NCBI GenBank assembly: GCA_041389985.1 | Contig: JAWKQS010000014.1 | Span: 14,553 to 78,552 of the forward strand | DNA length: 64,000 bases | Source of the DNA: a bacterium | GTDB taxonomy: Bacteria > Myxococcota_A > Bradymonadia > UBA7976 > UBA1532 | Direction: 5' to 3' | In this document: positions 53,493-64,000 of the stretch, one piece after another | Layout: each line of letters begins with the position of its first letter | Numbering within the stretch: position 1 is the stretch's first letter | Made by a program: the position numbers and the translations under genes | The notes under the pieces: generated by a model | What the model saw: only the letters and a program-made list of their open reading frames with translations | Told to the model about the DNA's origin: nothing | The model's database searches: none

Positions 53493-54830
53493 TCACGGGT
53501 TGAAGTCGCACCGTCGGATGCAGAGCTGGTCGGTGACGTTGCCGTCCTGGTCTTCCAGATCGATGCAGTCGTACCCCTGGGGGCACTCGTTGGGGGCCGG
53601 CTGGCAGCGCTCGAAGCAGAAGTCGCCGATGGGGTTCTCCTCCTCGTCCTGCAGCGAGAGGCAGCGGGCGGTGTCGCCGCACGACATCTCGCTCATGGGA
53701 TCGCAGCCCTCCTCGCAGTGCCGGCCGGGGGCAATGACGCACTGGCGGGTCGCCAGGTCGCAGACCTCGCCGAAGCCGCAGTGGTAGTTGCCGCCGCAGC
53801 CGCGGTCCCGGCAGGACCCGCCGACGCACTCCTTCGTGGCGTCGCCGCAGTCGTTGTCCACCTGGCAGCCCGGCACGCACTGGCGCTGGTCCACGTCGCA
53901 GTAGGTCTCGCCCATGGGGCAGTCGGCGCTGGTGAGGCAGCCGCCGGGGACGCCGCAGTGGCCGTCGTTGCACACGCCCCCGCGCCCGCAGTCCCCGTCG
54001 CCCATGCAGGGCGGCCCGCAGCGCAGGCCCTGGCAGACCTCGCCGTTGGGGCAGGCCAGGTCGTTGCCGGCGCAGCCCGGCTGGCAGCGCCCGAGGGCGT
54101 CGTCGCAGAAGGCGTCCGGCGGGCAGTCCGCGTCCTCGGCGCAGCCGCGCAACGCCGCGCAATCATTGGCGTCGGGCACGCAGACCTGCGCGCCGGCCAG
54201 CTCCCGGCAGGTGTAGCCCGGGCCGAGGCCGTCGCAGGTGGCCTGGCCGGTACAGCCGCGCAGGCAGTGCGTCAGGCCGGCCGGCCCCACCGGGGCGCAG
54301 ACGTCGTTGCGGCGCTCGCACGCACCCGCGTCGGCGCAGCGACCGCAGGGCGCCACGCGGGCCGTGCAGGTGCCGGTGCAGCCGTCGCAGTACTCCTGGG
54401 GCGAGCACTGCAGATCGCGCTGGCAGGGGTTGCCGGCCGCCGCGACGCAGTAGCCGGTGCACGCGCACACCTCGCCGGCGCCGCAGGCCGCCGCGTCCGC
54501 CGCGCAGGGTGTGCGGGGCAGGCAGACGCCCCGGCCGGCGCACTGGGCGCTGGGCCCGCACTCGGCGTCGTCGGCGCACCCGGGCAGGCACGCCCCCTCA
54601 TGGCAGAGCGTCCCCGCCGGGCAGGCCTGGTCGTCCATGCAGGAGGCCATGCCCCGCCGGCTCCGCCGCGCCGCCGGCCCGCCCGCACCGCCCGCGCCGC
54701 CGCCCGCGCCGCCCGCGCCGCCGCCCGCGCCGCCGCCCGCCCCCCCATCGGCCGTGGCGCCGCCGCCCCCGTCGTCACAGGCGCCGAGCGCCAGAAGCAG
54801 GGCGAGCGGGATGATGCGGGCGATGTGCAT
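53493..54830 (-). CDS. Cys-rich secreted lipoprotein
   Basis: ATG 54830 with GGAG upstream. Lipobox ...LALLLALGAC. Gly-rich linker. Many paired-Cys modules. Confidence 0.6.
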   Translation of the reverse strand: MHIARIIPLALLLALGACDDGGGGATADGGAGGGAGGGAGGAGGGAGGAGGPAARRSRRGMASCMDDQACPAGTLCHEGACLPGCADDAECGPSAQCAGRGVCLPRTPCAADAAACGAGEVCACTGYCVAAAGNPCQRDLQCSPQEYCDGCTGTCTARVAPCGRCADAGACERRNDVCAPVGPAGLTHCLRGCTGQATCDGLGPGYTCRELAGAQVCVPDANDCAALRGCAEDADCPPDAFCDDALGRCQPGCAGNDLACPNGEVCQGLRCGPPCMGDGDCGRGGVCNDGHCGVPGGCLTSADCPMGETYCDVDQRQCVPGCQVDNDCGDATKECVGGSCRDRGCGGNYHCGFGEVCDLATRQCVIAPGRHCEEGCDPMSEMSCGDTARCLSLQDEEENPIGDFCFERCQPAPNECPQGYDCIDLEDQDGNVTDQLCIRRCDFNP

Positions 54831-54883
54831 GGGACCGAACTCCACGTCCAACTGCTGGATCGAGAAGGGAAAACCGCCGGGGC

Positions 54884-56755
54884 TCAGCGGATCTGGAAGG
54901 GCAGCGTCACCTTGTGGTTGGTGCCGTCGAAGGCGGGCACCTTGACGCCGCCGAGGGCCTGGCGGACGCAGGAGTTGCCCCGCCCGCTGCCGCCGATGAG
55001 CTGGGTGTTGATGAGGCTGCCGGACGGCAGCACGGTCACCTTCACCTCGACGCTGCGCAGGCTGGGATCGCGGCGCGCCTCGTCCTCCAGGCACTTCACG
55101 AGCTGGCCGCTGCGCTTCTGGAGGGCGCGATCGAAGGCCGCCCGGTCGAACCCGGCGCCCGTGCCGGCCCCGAGGGCCAGCTCGCTCTGCTCGGCCTGCC
55201 GGGCCTCGCGCGCCATCTGGCGGGCCTCCTCCTGGGCCCGCTTCGTCGCGGCGGCGTCGGCGTCGGCCTTCTGGCGTGCCTTCTTCTCAGCCACCGTCTC
55301 AGGCAGCTCCTCGGGGAGCGTGATGGCGGGGAGCGACCCCTGGATGGGGGCGACGAGCTGATCGAGGAAGGCCTTGGTCGGCGTGGGCAGCGACGACTGG
55401 TACCACATCCAGGCGCCCGCGCCCCCGCCCGCGACGAGGAGCGGCAGGCCGACCGTCAGGAACAAGAGCCGGTTGCGCCGCCGGGCGCGGGCCCGGGCCG
55501 CCGCCTCCGCCCGCTTCTTCTCCCGCTCGGCCTTCTCGTGCGCCCAGGCCCGCAGGTCTTCCTCGAACGCGGGGAACTCGGCCAGGCCGAGGCGCCGGTC
55601 GGTCTCGAGATCGTAGAGCGTCGTGTCGGCGGTGATCTCTTCGGCGAAGAGCTGCTTGACGACCTCCTTGCGGGTGAACGGGCCGAAGTCGGTGCCGCCC
55701 TTGTCCACCAGCCAGCGCTGCAACGTGCCGTCGTCCGCGGGGCCATCGCCGGCGTCGCCCACGAGATCGGGCACCGCGGGGGCGCCCGGCGGGGGCGGCA
55801 GGGCGGGCGAAGGCACCGCCGGCGGTCCGGCCGGGGCCACCACCTCCAGCGACTCGTCGCCGCCGTCGCGCACCGCCGCCACCGCGTCGGACAGGGCCTG
55901 CTTGAGCGCCTTGGGATCGGCCAGGGCGTCGGGACGGCTGCGGTCCACCGAGCGCGCGATCAGCTCGGCGATGTCGGCCGGGAGGCCCTCCCGCACGTCG
56001 CCCACCTGGGCTTCCGTCACCGGCCGCCCCACCAGCAGCGCCAGCAAGATGAGCCCCAGGGCGCGCATGTCGGCGTCGGCCACCGAGACCTGTGCCCCGA
56101 CCGGGAAGGGCCGATCCCAGCGATCCAGCCGATCGGCCGTCTGGGCCAGGGCGCCGCGCACCTCGGCCAGGCCGAACTCGGCGACGCGTACCCGCCCGGA
56201 ACGACTGATGAAAACCGCTGAGGGCCGGAGGGTGCCGTGGCCGAGCTCGCCCGCCCCGATCAGGGCGTTGCAGATGTGGGCCACGAGGTTGTAGGCCCCC
56301 TTGAGGCCGAACCGCTTGCCGGCCTCGGCCTTGCGCTCCAGCACCGCCGTGAGGGGCCGCCCGTCCACGTGCTCGCGGGCGAGGTAGCGCCGGGTGCCCT
56401 CCTTGCCCACGCCGAAGGTGCCCACGATGTTGCGGTGGTTGAGGGCCGTGGCCGTCTTCACGGCGGCCCGCAGCTTCTCGGTGGTGGCCCGGTCGTTGGC
56501 GATGGCGGGGTTGAAGAGCAGGATGACGATGCGCTTGCCGCTGCGCTCGTCCACGGCCTGCCAGGCCGTGCCGACGCCGTCCTCCCCGAGGCGCTCGTCG
56601 AGCACGAAGCGGCCCCCCAGCGTGTCGCCGGGCTTGACGGCCTCGGCCGAGGGCGGCGGCGGCGGACGGCCGCCCGCGTCGTCGGGGCGGCCCGCGCCGC
56701 GGGTCTCGTCGGGAGGGGGCGGCGGCAACGCGCCCGAGGTGTCCGCGGTCTCCAC
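54884..56755 (-). CDS. Kinase-like protein (pseudokinase) with TM helix and C-terminal domain
   Basis: GTG 56755 immediately after the upstream stop (GGAGAG). Kinase fold with GHG in place of HRD and EFG in place of DFG. TM segment LLFLTVGLPLLVAGGGAGAWMWY. Confidence 0.55.
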   Translation of the reverse strand: METADTSGALPPPPPDETRGAGRPDDAGGRPPPPPSAEAVKPGDTLGGRFVLDERLGEDGVGTAWQAVDERSGKRIVILLFNPAIANDRATTEKLRAAVKTATALNHRNIVGTFGVGKEGTRRYLAREHVDGRPLTAVLERKAEAGKRFGLKGAYNLVAHICNALIGAGELGHGTLRPSAVFISRSGRVRVAEFGLAEVRGALAQTADRLDRWDRPFPVGAQVSVADADMRALGLILLALLVGRPVTEAQVGDVREGLPADIAELIARSVDRSRPDALADPKALKQALSDAVAAVRDGGDESLEVVAPAGPPAVPSPALPPPPGAPAVPDLVGDAGDGPADDGTLQRWLVDKGGTDFGPFTRKEVVKQLFAEEITADTTLYDLETDRRLGLAEFPAFEEDLRAWAHEKAEREKKRAEAAARARARRRNRLLFLTVGLPLLVAGGGAGAWMWYQSSLPTPTKAFLDQLVAPIQGSLPAITLPEELPETVAEKKARQKADADAAATKRAQEEARQMAREARQAEQSELALGAGTGAGFDRAAFDRALQKRSGQLVKCLEDEARRDPSLRSVEVKVTVLPSGSLINTQLIGGSGRGNSCVRQALGGVKVPAFDGTNHKVTLPFQIR

Positions 56756-56757
56756 CG

Positions 56758-57198
56758 TCAGCTCTCCACCGGTTCGGACTCGAAGAGATCGATCAGCCAG
56801 GCCGCGTCCACGCGGCGAACCACGATGCGCCAGGTGCGGCCCGCGAGGGGGCCCAGCACCACCCGCCGCTCGTCCGTCTGGCTGCCCTTGTCGAGGGTCG
56901 CCCGCTGGGGCAGATCCAGCTCGAACTGCCAGCCGGGCCGGACCGCGAGCACCTGGGCCGCCTCCTCGGGCGTGGCCTCCGGCGCCAGCCCCAGGTCGGC
57001 GGCGAGGTGAGCGCGGGCGCCGGGCGTCAGGCTCTGCCAGACCAGGTCGCCCCGGCCGGCGCGGATGCCGGCCACGAAGCGCTCGTACGCGGCCACCGCG
57101 GGGTCCTTCTCGCGGCGGGCGCACCCCGGCGTCACGAGCACGGCCCCCAGCAGGGCGAGCAGGCTCCACGGCACGGCGGTCAGGGCGAGACGGCGCAC
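56758..57198 (-). CDS. Lipoprotein (hypothetical)
   Basis: Signal peptide VRRLALTAVPWSLLALLGAVLVTPGCA. GTG start is tentative. Confidence 0.45.
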   Translation of the reverse strand: MRRLALTAVPWSLLALLGAVLVTPGCARREKDPAVAAYERFVAGIRAGRGDLVWQSLTPGARAHLAADLGLAPEATPEEAAQVLAVRPGWQFELDLPQRATLDKGSQTDERRVVLGPLAGRTWRIVVRRVDAAWLIDLFESEPVES

Positions 57199-57277
57199 GG
57201 GGTGATTCTGCCCGCCGCGAGGCCGTGCACGCAACCGGTCGTTGACGGGAGCCCCGGCGGACGGGTACTCCCAAGCC

Positions 57278-57940
57278 ATGCGCGCCCTCACCCTCGCCGT
57301 CCTGCTGTGCCTCCCGGCCCTCCCCGGCTGTGAGGAGAACCTCGATCCCGCCACGCCGGCCGGCGCGATGCACCAGCTCCGCGACGCCGTCATGGCCCGC
57401 GACGCCAACGCCCTGCTGGCGCGCAGCTCGGCGGCGACCCACCAGCGCCTCGCCGAGCTGCACACCCTGCTCAAGGAGCAGCGCCAGGCCATCGCCGAGC
57501 GCTACCCCGACGAGCACCGGGCCGCCGCCCGCACCGCGTACCCGCCCGAGGTCCTGGAGGCCCACGACACCGGGGCGCTGTTCCGCGCTCTCGTCGCGAA
57601 GCGGCTGGAGGCCCTCGAGACCAGCGACGGCCTGCGCTACGGCCTGACGGTCATGGGCACCCCCGCGGGCGAGGGCGAGCGGGTCCAGGTGTCGACCCAG
57701 AGCGGCGAGACGTTCGAGTTCGTCCTGGAGGACGGCCGCTACGTGACGACGGCCTTCGAGCGCGTCCTGGGCCGCAACCTCGAGCGCGCCCGCGTCTACC
57801 AGCAGACGCTCACCGAAAACCTCAAGGTCTTCGAGGAGTTGAAGCGTCGAGAGGCGAACCGGCGGGCCAAAGAGGAGGCGGCGGCCCCAGGCTCAGATGG
57901 GGCGCCAGGCGAGCCCGCCGCACCGGCCCCAGGCCCTTGA
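57278..57940 (+). CDS. Lipoprotein (hypothetical)
   Basis: Signal/lipobox MRALTLAVLLCLPALPGC. Confidence 0.6.
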   Translation: MRALTLAVLLCLPALPGCEENLDPATPAGAMHQLRDAVMARDANALLARSSAATHQRLAELHTLLKEQRQAIAERYPDEHRAAARTAYPPEVLEAHDTGALFRALVAKRLEALETSDGLRYGLTVMGTPAGEGERVQVSTQSGETFEFVLEDGRYVTTAFERVLGRNLERARVYQQTLTENLKVFEELKRREANRRAKEEAAAPGSDGAPGEPAAPAPGP

Positions 57941-58361
57941 CGCGCTCCAGGTCGGCCAGGCGCGCGTAGGGACGCCCCGCCACCACCCGCGCCGCCAGGG
58001 CCGGCCCCAGCCCCGACACCGCCCGCAGCTCGTCCACCGTCGCGCCGTTGGCGTCGAGCGGCACCCCCCGCGCCAGGCGCTGGGCCGCCGGCAGGGCGTC
58101 GACCCGGCTGTGGCAGCGGCCGCCCTCCACCACGGCCTCCACCACCACCCCCGCGCGCACCGGCGCCCGGGGCGGGCAGCGCAGCAGCAGCCCGGCCAGC
58201 TCGCCCACCCCGCAGTGCAGCGTCGTCACCCCGTCCTGGCGCCAGCCCACCGGCTGGCCGGCGCAGGCCGCCGACGTCGGCCCTGGCCGGGCCAGACGGC
58301 CCTGCCCCAGGGCCGCGACCATCGCCAGCGCCAGCGCCCCTACCCCATGTCGTGCCCACAT
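57822..58361 (-). CDS. ComEA-like helix-hairpin-helix DNA-binding protein
   Basis: Signal peptide. Motif [43 protein letters not shown]. Confidence 0.55.
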   Translation of the reverse strand: MWARHGVGALALAMVAALGQGRLARPGPTSAACAGQPVGWRQDGVTTLHCGVGELAGLLLRCPPRAPVRAGVVVEAVVEGGRCHSRVDALPAAQRLARGVPLDANGATVDELRAVSGLGPALAARVVAGRPYARLADLERVKGLGPVRRARLAPHLSLGPPPPLWPAGSPLDASTPRRP

Positions 58362-58459
58362 GCCTCATCTCCGCGTCGTGCCCTCATCCCTTCGGTCAGA
58401 GGCGGCGCGTGTCGCAGAGAAAGTGCGAGATCGACCAAAAAAAGTCGGGCGGCGACCCC

Positions 58460-59167
58460 TCAGCCGGCGGCGAGCGCAGCGCGCATCGCCCCCGCGCAAT
58501 CGGTGAAGATGCCCGTCACCCCGACCGCCGCGAGGGCCCGGGCCCGGGCGGGGTCGTTGACCGTCCACACATGGATGGCCACCCCGCGGGCGCGGCAGGC
58601 GGCCACCCGCGCGGGCGTCACCAGGTGCGCCGGCGGGTGCCAGGCCGCCGCGTCGAGCCGCTCCAGCTCCGCCTCCAGCTCCCCCTCGGCCAGGGCCTCG
58701 CACAGAAAGGCGCGAGGGAGATGGGGCGCACGGAGCCGCGCCTCGGCCATGGCGTCGGCCGAGAAGCTCGACAGCAGGATGGGATCGGTGGCGCCGCGGG
58801 CGGCCAGCACCGCCAGCACGGCGTCGAGGGCGGTGGCGTCCTTGATCTCGACGTTCACGGGCACGGCGCCGCCGACCCGGGCGAGCACCTCCGCCAGCGT
58901 CGGCATGGTCTCGCCGCCGACGAGGGGGAGCGCCCGCAGGACCGCGGCCGGCTCCCGGGCCAGCGCCACGTCCAGCCCCCCGAGCGCGAGGCGGCCGGTC
59001 GTCTCATCGTGGAAGACGAGCGGCACCCCGTCGGCGCTGAGGTGAACGTCGAGCTCGATGCCATCCGCTGCCTCCGCCAGGGCCCGGGCGAAGGCCGGAC
59101 GGGTGTTCTCGAGGGGGCCACCGGCGCCGTGGCTGCCGCGGTGTGCCCAGAGCTTGATCCTGGTCAT
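58460..59167 (-). CDS. Glycerophosphodiester phosphodiesterase
   Basis: Motif WAHRGSHG...ENTRPAF...[24 protein letters not shown]. Confidence 0.8.
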   Translation of the reverse strand: MTRIKLWAHRGSHGAGGPLENTRPAFARALAEAADGIELDVHLSADGVPLVFHDETTGRLALGGLDVALAREPAAVLRALPLVGGETMPTLAEVLARVGGAVPVNVEIKDATALDAVLAVLAARGATDPILLSSFSADAMAEARLRAPHLPRAFLCEALAEGELEAELERLDAAAWHPPAHLVTPARVAACRARGVAIHVWTVNDPARARALAAVGVTGIFTDCAGAMRAALAAG

Positions 59168-59535
59168 GGGAGCCGCCCTCCGAGCCAGAGGCCCCCGGCG
59201 GCAGCGGCCAGGCCCACCCCGACGTTCAGCGCGATGTTGGCGAGGGCCAGGGCCGGCGCGACGCGCCACGCACTCACGGTCTCCACGCTGAAGGTCGAGA
59301 ACGTCGTCAGGCCCCCGAGCACCCCGGCCGTGGCCCCCGCGCGCAGGGCGGCGGGCCAGGCGGGCTGCCGGGCGAAGATGGGCACCAGCAGGCCGAGGAT
59401 GAACGACCCGAGCAGGTTCACCCCCAGGGTCGCCCAGGGCAGCTTCGCCCCGGCCAGGCCGGGCGACGCCCACCGTGGCCCCCAGCGCGTCACGGCCCCC
59501 AGGCCCCCACCGATGAAGACGGCCATCGCGGTCAT
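59164..59535 (-). CDS. crcB: Fluoride ion channel CrcB/FluC
   Basis: Motif [10 protein letters not shown]. Four TM helices. AGGAGG RBS. ATGA overlap with the GDPD start. Confidence 0.8.
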   Translation of the reverse strand: MTAMAVFIGGGLGAVTRWGPRWASPGLAGAKLPWATLGVNLLGSFILGLLVPIFARQPAWPAALRAGATAGVLGGLTTFSTFSVETVSAWRVAPALALANIALNVGVGLAAAAGGLWLGGRLP

Positions 59536-59618
59536 GGGCTCCTCCTGTGTGCCGCGTACCGGTAGTGTTGACGGGCGGCCGCCCCTTGTCCAGCGTCCGC
59601 CAGCGGGAGGTGCGCTGC

Positions 59619-60853
59619 ATGGATCTGGATGTGCTGGTCGAGGGGGCCGCCGAGGTGTTCGACGGCGAGGCGCTCTGGCCTGGCGGGCTGGTGGGCGTCC
59701 ACGCGGGCCGCGTCGCCTTCGTCGGCCCCACGGTTCCGGCCCCCTGGCGGGTGGGCGCCGCCACCCGCCGCCTCGACGCCGCCGGCGGCCTCGTCACCCC
59801 GGGCCTCGTCGATCCCCACACCCACGTCGTGTTCGCCGGCGACCGCAGCGGCGAGTACGCCGGCGGGCCGCGGGCCGGCCCTACCTCGAGATCGCGGCCG
59901 CCGGCGGCGGCATCGCGGCCACCATGCGCGCCACCCGCGCCGCCGATCGGGCCACGCTGGTGGCCGCGGCCCGACCCCGGCTCGACCGGCTGCTGGCCTG
60001 TGGGGTGACGACGGCCGAGAGCAAGTCGGGCTACGGCCTCGACCTGCCCACCGAGCTGCGCATCCTGGAGGCGACGGCCGAGCTGGCGGCCAGCCACCCC
60101 ATCGACCTGGTCGGGACGTTCCTCGGGGCCCACACGGTCCCCCCGAGCACCGGGCCGACCGCGCGGTCTACCTCCGCGCGGTCATCGACGCGATGATCCC
60201 CGCGGTGGCCGCCCGGGGGCTGGCTGAGTTCTGCGACGTCTTCGTCGAGCGCGGCGCCTTCACGGCCGATGAGGGGGAGCAGGTGCTGCGCGCGGGGCTC
60301 CGCCCATGGCCTGCGGCCCAAGGTCCACGCCGATCAGCTCACCGCGTGCGGCGGGGCCGAGCTGGCGGGGCGCGTCCGGGCCGTGAGCGCCGACCACCTG
60401 GAGCATGTGTCGGACGCCGGCATCGCGGCGCTGGCCGCCGCCGGGACGGTGGCCGTGCTGCTCCCGGGCGCGGCCATCTTCCTGGGCGACGACAGCCGCG
60501 CCCCGGCCCGCCGCCTCATCCAGGCCGGCGTGCCGGTGGCCCTGGCGACCGACTGCAACCCCGGCACCTGCATGACCGAGGATCTGCTGCTGATGCTGAC
60601 GCTGGGCATGAGCCGGCTCGGCCTGTCGCCGCTGGAGGCGCTCCAGGCGGTCACGGTGCACGCCGCCCGCGCCATCGGGCGCGAGGAGGTGGCCGGGCGC
60701 CTCGCCGCCGGGCGGCCCGCCGACGTGGCCGTCTTCGACGTGCCGTCCCACCGCCACCTGCCCTACCGGTTCGGCCTGCCGCCCACCCGCGCCGTCCTCA
60801 AGGGTGGCGCGCTGGTCTACCGCGAAAAACGCTTGGATTCCGCGATCTTCTGA
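59619..60853 (+). CDS. hutI: Imidazolonepropionase; 3 apparent frameshifts
   Basis: GGGAGG RBS then ATG 59619. N-terminus [20 protein letters not shown]-terminus in ORF 60269..60853 (...[14 protein letters not shown]...). Middle part lies in a third frame. Confidence 0.75.
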
Positions 60854-60855
60854 CG

Positions 60856-61465
60856 TCAGTCCAGCAGCCGCGAGGGCTCCCACGCCGCGCGGACGGCGTC
60901 CTCGGCGACGTCGCCGTCGGCGAAGAAGACCAGCTCGCCATCCACGAAGCCCACGACCGTGCTGGCCCCCGCGGGCAGGACGCCGCCGTCCACGAGGCCG
61001 TCCACCTCATCGAGGCCCGCCTCGTCGCAGTCGGCCGGCGTGAAGGCGGCCGGCTCGCCGCTGCGGTTGGCGCTGGTGGCCACGACGGGCTCCCCCAGCC
61101 GCTCCACGAGCGCCTGGGCCAGGGGTGGCTGGAGGCCCGCACGCCCACCATGTTGGTGCCCGCCGTCACCGGCGCGCTCAGCCCGGGGAAGGCCGGCACG
61201 ACGAGCGTCAACGGACCGGGCCAGAGGCGCTCGGCCAGGACACAGAGCGGGCTCTCGAGCAGCAGGCGCAGCGCATCAGCCGACGGCACCAGCACCGGGA
61301 GCGGCCGTCCCTCCGGGCGGTGCTTGATGGCCACCACCGGGCCGCCGCGGCGGCATCGGCGGCGCGACAGCCGATCACGTAGCCCGCCTCGGTGGGGAAG
61401 ACCACCACCCCCCCCGCGCGCAGCCGCGCGGCAGCGACATCCAGCGTCAACCGGCGCAGTGCCAT
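60856..61465 (-). CDS. tsaC: L-threonylcarbamoyladenylate synthase (YrdC/TsaC family); 2 apparent frameshifts
   Basis: Motifs VVVFPTEAGYVIGC, LWPGPLTLVVPA and VVATSANRSGEPA, in three frames. Confidence 0.7.
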
Positions 61466-63026
61466 GCCCGCTCCACCTCCGCGAGGGCGTCCACGACGTC
61501 CCGCGCGATCAGGGCGCCCTCACCGCGGTGCGCCCGCGCCCGGTCCCCCGCGCGCGCATGCCAGAGCACCCCCGCCCGGGCGGCCGCCTCCGGGTCGAGC
61601 CCCCGGGCCAGCAGCGCACCGATCACCCCCGCCAGGACGTCCCCCATGCCCGCCGTGGCCATGCCGGGGTTGCCGGCCGGGCACAGCGCCAGGGATCCGC
61701 CGGGCGAGGCGACCAGTGTATGGGCTCCCTTCAGGACAGTCACGGCCCCCGTGCGCTCGGCCAGGGTCGTGGCCGCCCCGAGCCGGTCGGCCTGGACCTG
61801 CGCCGCGGTGCTCCCCAGCAGGCGGGCCGCCTCCCCCGGGTGGGGCGTGATGACCAGCGCCGGCAGGCCCCGCAGCTGCTCGGGCCGGGGGCCCAGGTGG
61901 TTGAGGGCGTCGGCGTCCAGCACCGCCGGCCGCGCCAGCCGGGGCAGGAGGGCCCGCAAGACCTCCCCGGCGAAGGGCGTCGTCGGCATGCCTGGCCCCA
62001 GCACCACGGCGTCGCGCGTGGCGATCTCTGCCAGCAGGGCCGCCGCCGCCGCCTCGACGTCGGTGCCTGGGAAGGCATCGAGGTACATGGCCTCGCAGAG
62101 CGCGGGGGCCAGCAGCGGGTGCGCCGCCGAGGGCAAGGCCACCGTCACCAGACCCGCGCCGGCGCGCTGGGCGGCCTCGACCACCAGGCGCGCCGCCCCC
62201 GTCCGTCCCGGCGAGCCGGCGACGGCCAGCACATGCCCCAGGTCGCCCTTGTGGGCGTCGGGACGCCGGGACGCGAAGGCCGGCGCCAGGGCCGGGCGGG
62301 CCAGCACCTCCCGCGACGGCAGGCCGGCCAGCGCCAGCGGAGGCATGCCGATGTCGACGACCCGCAGGCGCCCCCGGAGCGCGGGGCCGGATCCGAGCCA
62401 GAGCCCGAGCTTGGAGGCGACGAAGGTGATCGTCTCGTCGGCGGCCACCGCCTGACCCAGGACGGCCCCCGTCCGCCCGCAGAGCCCGCTGGGGATGTCC
62501 ACGGCCACGGTGAAGCCCGGCTGGGCGTTGATCCACGCGATGGCCTCGGCCAGCACGCCGCCCACCTCGCCGCGGGCCCCCGTCCCGAGGAGGGCGTCGA
62601 CGACCGCGTCGAAGTGGCGACCCGAGACCGCCTCGGCGAAGGCGCTCACCGTGTCGAGGACGCGCACCGGCACCCCGGCCGCCCGGGCGGCGTCCAGCAT
62701 GACGCGGGCGTCCCCCTGCACCCGGCCGGGCTCCCCGCAGAGGAAGAGGATGGGCGCGTAGCCCCAGCCCAGCAGGTGGCGCGCCGCCACGGAGCCGTCG
62801 CCCCCGTTGTTGCCGACGCCCACGCACACGGCCACCGCCGCGCCGGTCGGGATCCGCTCCGCGACCGCCCGGGCCACGTGGCGGCCGGCGTTCTCCATGA
62901 GGGCCACCCCGGCACGCCCAGGCCCTCGATGGCCCGGGCGTCGACGGCGCGCAGCTCCTCGGGCAGCAGCACGCGCCACCCATGGGCGGACCCCGGCGCC
63001 TCGACCTCGAAGCCCGCCGGGGTCAT
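61447..63026 (-). CDS. nnr: Bifunctional NAD(P)H-hydrate epimerase/dehydratase; frameshift near 62900
   Basis: YjeF N-terminal domain (GVGNNGGDG) and C-terminal domain (HKGDLGHVLAVAGS...TPHPGE). The N-terminal 40 aa lie in ORF 62646..63026. Confidence 0.75.
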
Positions 63027-63361
63027 GCCGCCGCCCCCACCAGCAGCGCCACCGCCAGATCGCCGTCATGGCTGAGGCTGAGGAGCCAGGGGAGCGGCCC
63101 GTCGTGGGCGAAGAGCGCCGGCGCCCCGCGGTCGTCGCGCCGGATCTCCAGGTCGACGAAGCGCCCGGGGACGCCGAGGCGGTGGGCGGCCCGCTTGGCG
63201 GCGAGGCGGGCCGCGAGGTGTTGGGCCCCGAAGCGACGCTCGGTGCAGTAGCTCCACTCCGCCGCCGTGAACAGGCGGCCCAGGCGGCGCGGGCTCCGGG
63301 TCAGGATCGCGTCGATCCGTGCCACGGACACCACCTCGAGGCGAGCGGGCGGCGGGCCCAT
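63023..63361 (-). CDS. acpS: Holo-[acyl-carrier-protein] synthase
   Basis: Motif FTAAEWSYC...HLAARLAAKRAAHRL...VDLEIRRDDRGAP...LSLSHDGDLAVA. Confidence 0.8.
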   Translation of the reverse strand: MGPPPARLEVVSVARIDAILTRSPRRLGRLFTAAEWSYCTERRFGAQHLAARLAAKRAAHRLGVPGRFVDLEIRRDDRGAPALFAHDGPLPWLLSLSHDGDLAVALLVGAAA

Positions 63362-64000
63362 CAGGTGAGACGCCGCTGGCCCCGGTCCATGGCGGCCAGG
63401 AAATCCGCCACCGAGCCCTCCAGCCCCTTCAGCATGGCGCGCGCCAGGCAGGCGTGGCCGACGTGGACCTCCGAGAACCGGGCCGCCGCCATGAGCACCT
63501 CGATGCTCGCGAGGCCCAGCCCACCCGAGAGCGCCACGCTCAGGCCGAGCCGCTGCGCCAGGGCCGCCGCGTCCACCAGGCGCGCCAGCTCCTGGCGCCG
63601 CTCGAGGCCCCGCGCCGCCGCGTAGCGGCCGGTGGCGAGGATGGCCACCTTCACGTCGAGGCGGTGCAGCGCCTTCACCTGCTCCAGCGCCGGCTCGATG
63701 CGGACCCCCACCTCGACGTCGGCGTCGTGCAAGTGCCCGATATGCTTCTTCAAAGCGTCCTTGAGGACGTGAGCGTCCAGGCCACCGACGGCCCCGTCGC
63801 GGTGCTCGGGGACGAGGGTCACCCGGTCGGGCCGGATGTCGAACGCCGCGCTCACGATGTCGGCGGTGGGGGGGATGTCCAGCGTCAGGCGCGTCGTGAC
63901 GGACTGGCGCAGCAGCACCAGATCCCGCGGTCGCAGGGCCCGCGGCCCCTCCTTCAGCGACACGACGATGCCATCGACGCCGGCCAGCTCGGCCAGCACC
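63361..64000 (-). CDS. pdxJ: Pyridoxine 5'-phosphate synthase (3' part; gene continues past the window end)
   Basis: C-terminal PdxJ-like sequence ...HVGHACLARAMLKGLEGSV. Stop overlaps the acpS start. Confidence 0.8.
   Translation of the reverse strand, partial: VLAELAGVDGIVVSLKEGPRALRPRDLVLLRQSVTTRLTLDIPPTADIVSAAFDIRPDRVTLVPEHRDGAVGGLDAHVLKDALKKHIGHLHDADVEVGVRIEPALEQVKALHRLDVKVAILATGRYAAARGLERRQELARLVDAAALAQRLGLSVALSGGLGLASIEVLMAAARFSEVHVGHACLARAMLKGLEGSVADFLAAMDRGQRRLT

Noticed and set aside
59536-59618. Fluoride riboswitch upstream of crcB
   Set aside because: The 83-nt leader shows no convincing match to the crcB-motif conserved pseudoknot elements. Only an AGGAGG RBS is evident.

Overview
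This 64-kb window is about 70% GC and is dense in Cys-rich secreted proteins, lipoproteins, Ser/Thr (pseudo)kinases and a MYXO-CTERM protein, so it looks like chromosomal DNA from a myxobacterium (Myxococcales-like). Real genes are protein-like ORFs with RBS or lipoprotein signals; the long antisense low-complexity ORFs in the six-frame track are GC-driven artefacts. Left to right the window holds the following.

- Secreted proteins and lipoproteins, including a MopE-like CxxDDDCDGxxDE-repeat lipoprotein.
- A multidomain S8 subtilisin.
- Two adjacent 43-bp tandem-repeat arrays (8011-8464).
- A diversity-generating retroelement (DGR) locus at about 8.5-16.0 kb, the most interesting part, described below.
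- A threonine-dehydratase-like PLP enzyme, hemF, a zinc-ribbon pseudokinase, a membrane protein, oligopeptidase B, and a 21x TSP1-like repeat secreted protein.
- metH translationally coupled to an ArsR-methyltransferase fusion.
- A mevalonate operon (idi2, HMG-CoA reductase, mevalonate kinase).
- Several secreted or hypothetical proteins, an HExxH protease-like protein, a DASS transporter, an OmpA-family protein, and a giant Cys-rich repeat protein of about 1700 aa.
- An ECF sigma factor with a terminator, a MYXO-CTERM protein, tsaE, a NUDIX hydrolase, a Cys-rich lipoprotein, a pseudokinase, lipoproteins, ComEA-like, GDPD, crcB, hutI, tsaC, nnr, acpS and a partial pdxJ.

The DGR has a 134-nt template repeat (TR, 12888-13021) that differs from two variable repeats only at TR adenines. 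VR1 is at 10603-10736 and VR2 at 13261-13394. Each VR lies at the 3' end of a convergently arranged Ser/Thr-kinase / coiled-coil / FGE-sulfatase (C-type-lectin fold) fusion gene. The locus also has a DGR-type reverse transcriptase (IGxxxSQ and YVDD motifs), an Avd-like accessory gene, an excisionase-family HTH gene, and conserved GGCAGATCTGCC-type palindromes after both VRs.

Many housekeeping genes (metH, hutI, tsaC, nnr) carry single-base frameshifts in G/C homopolymers. These are most likely sequencing or assembly errors, so apparent pseudogenes here should not be over-interpreted.
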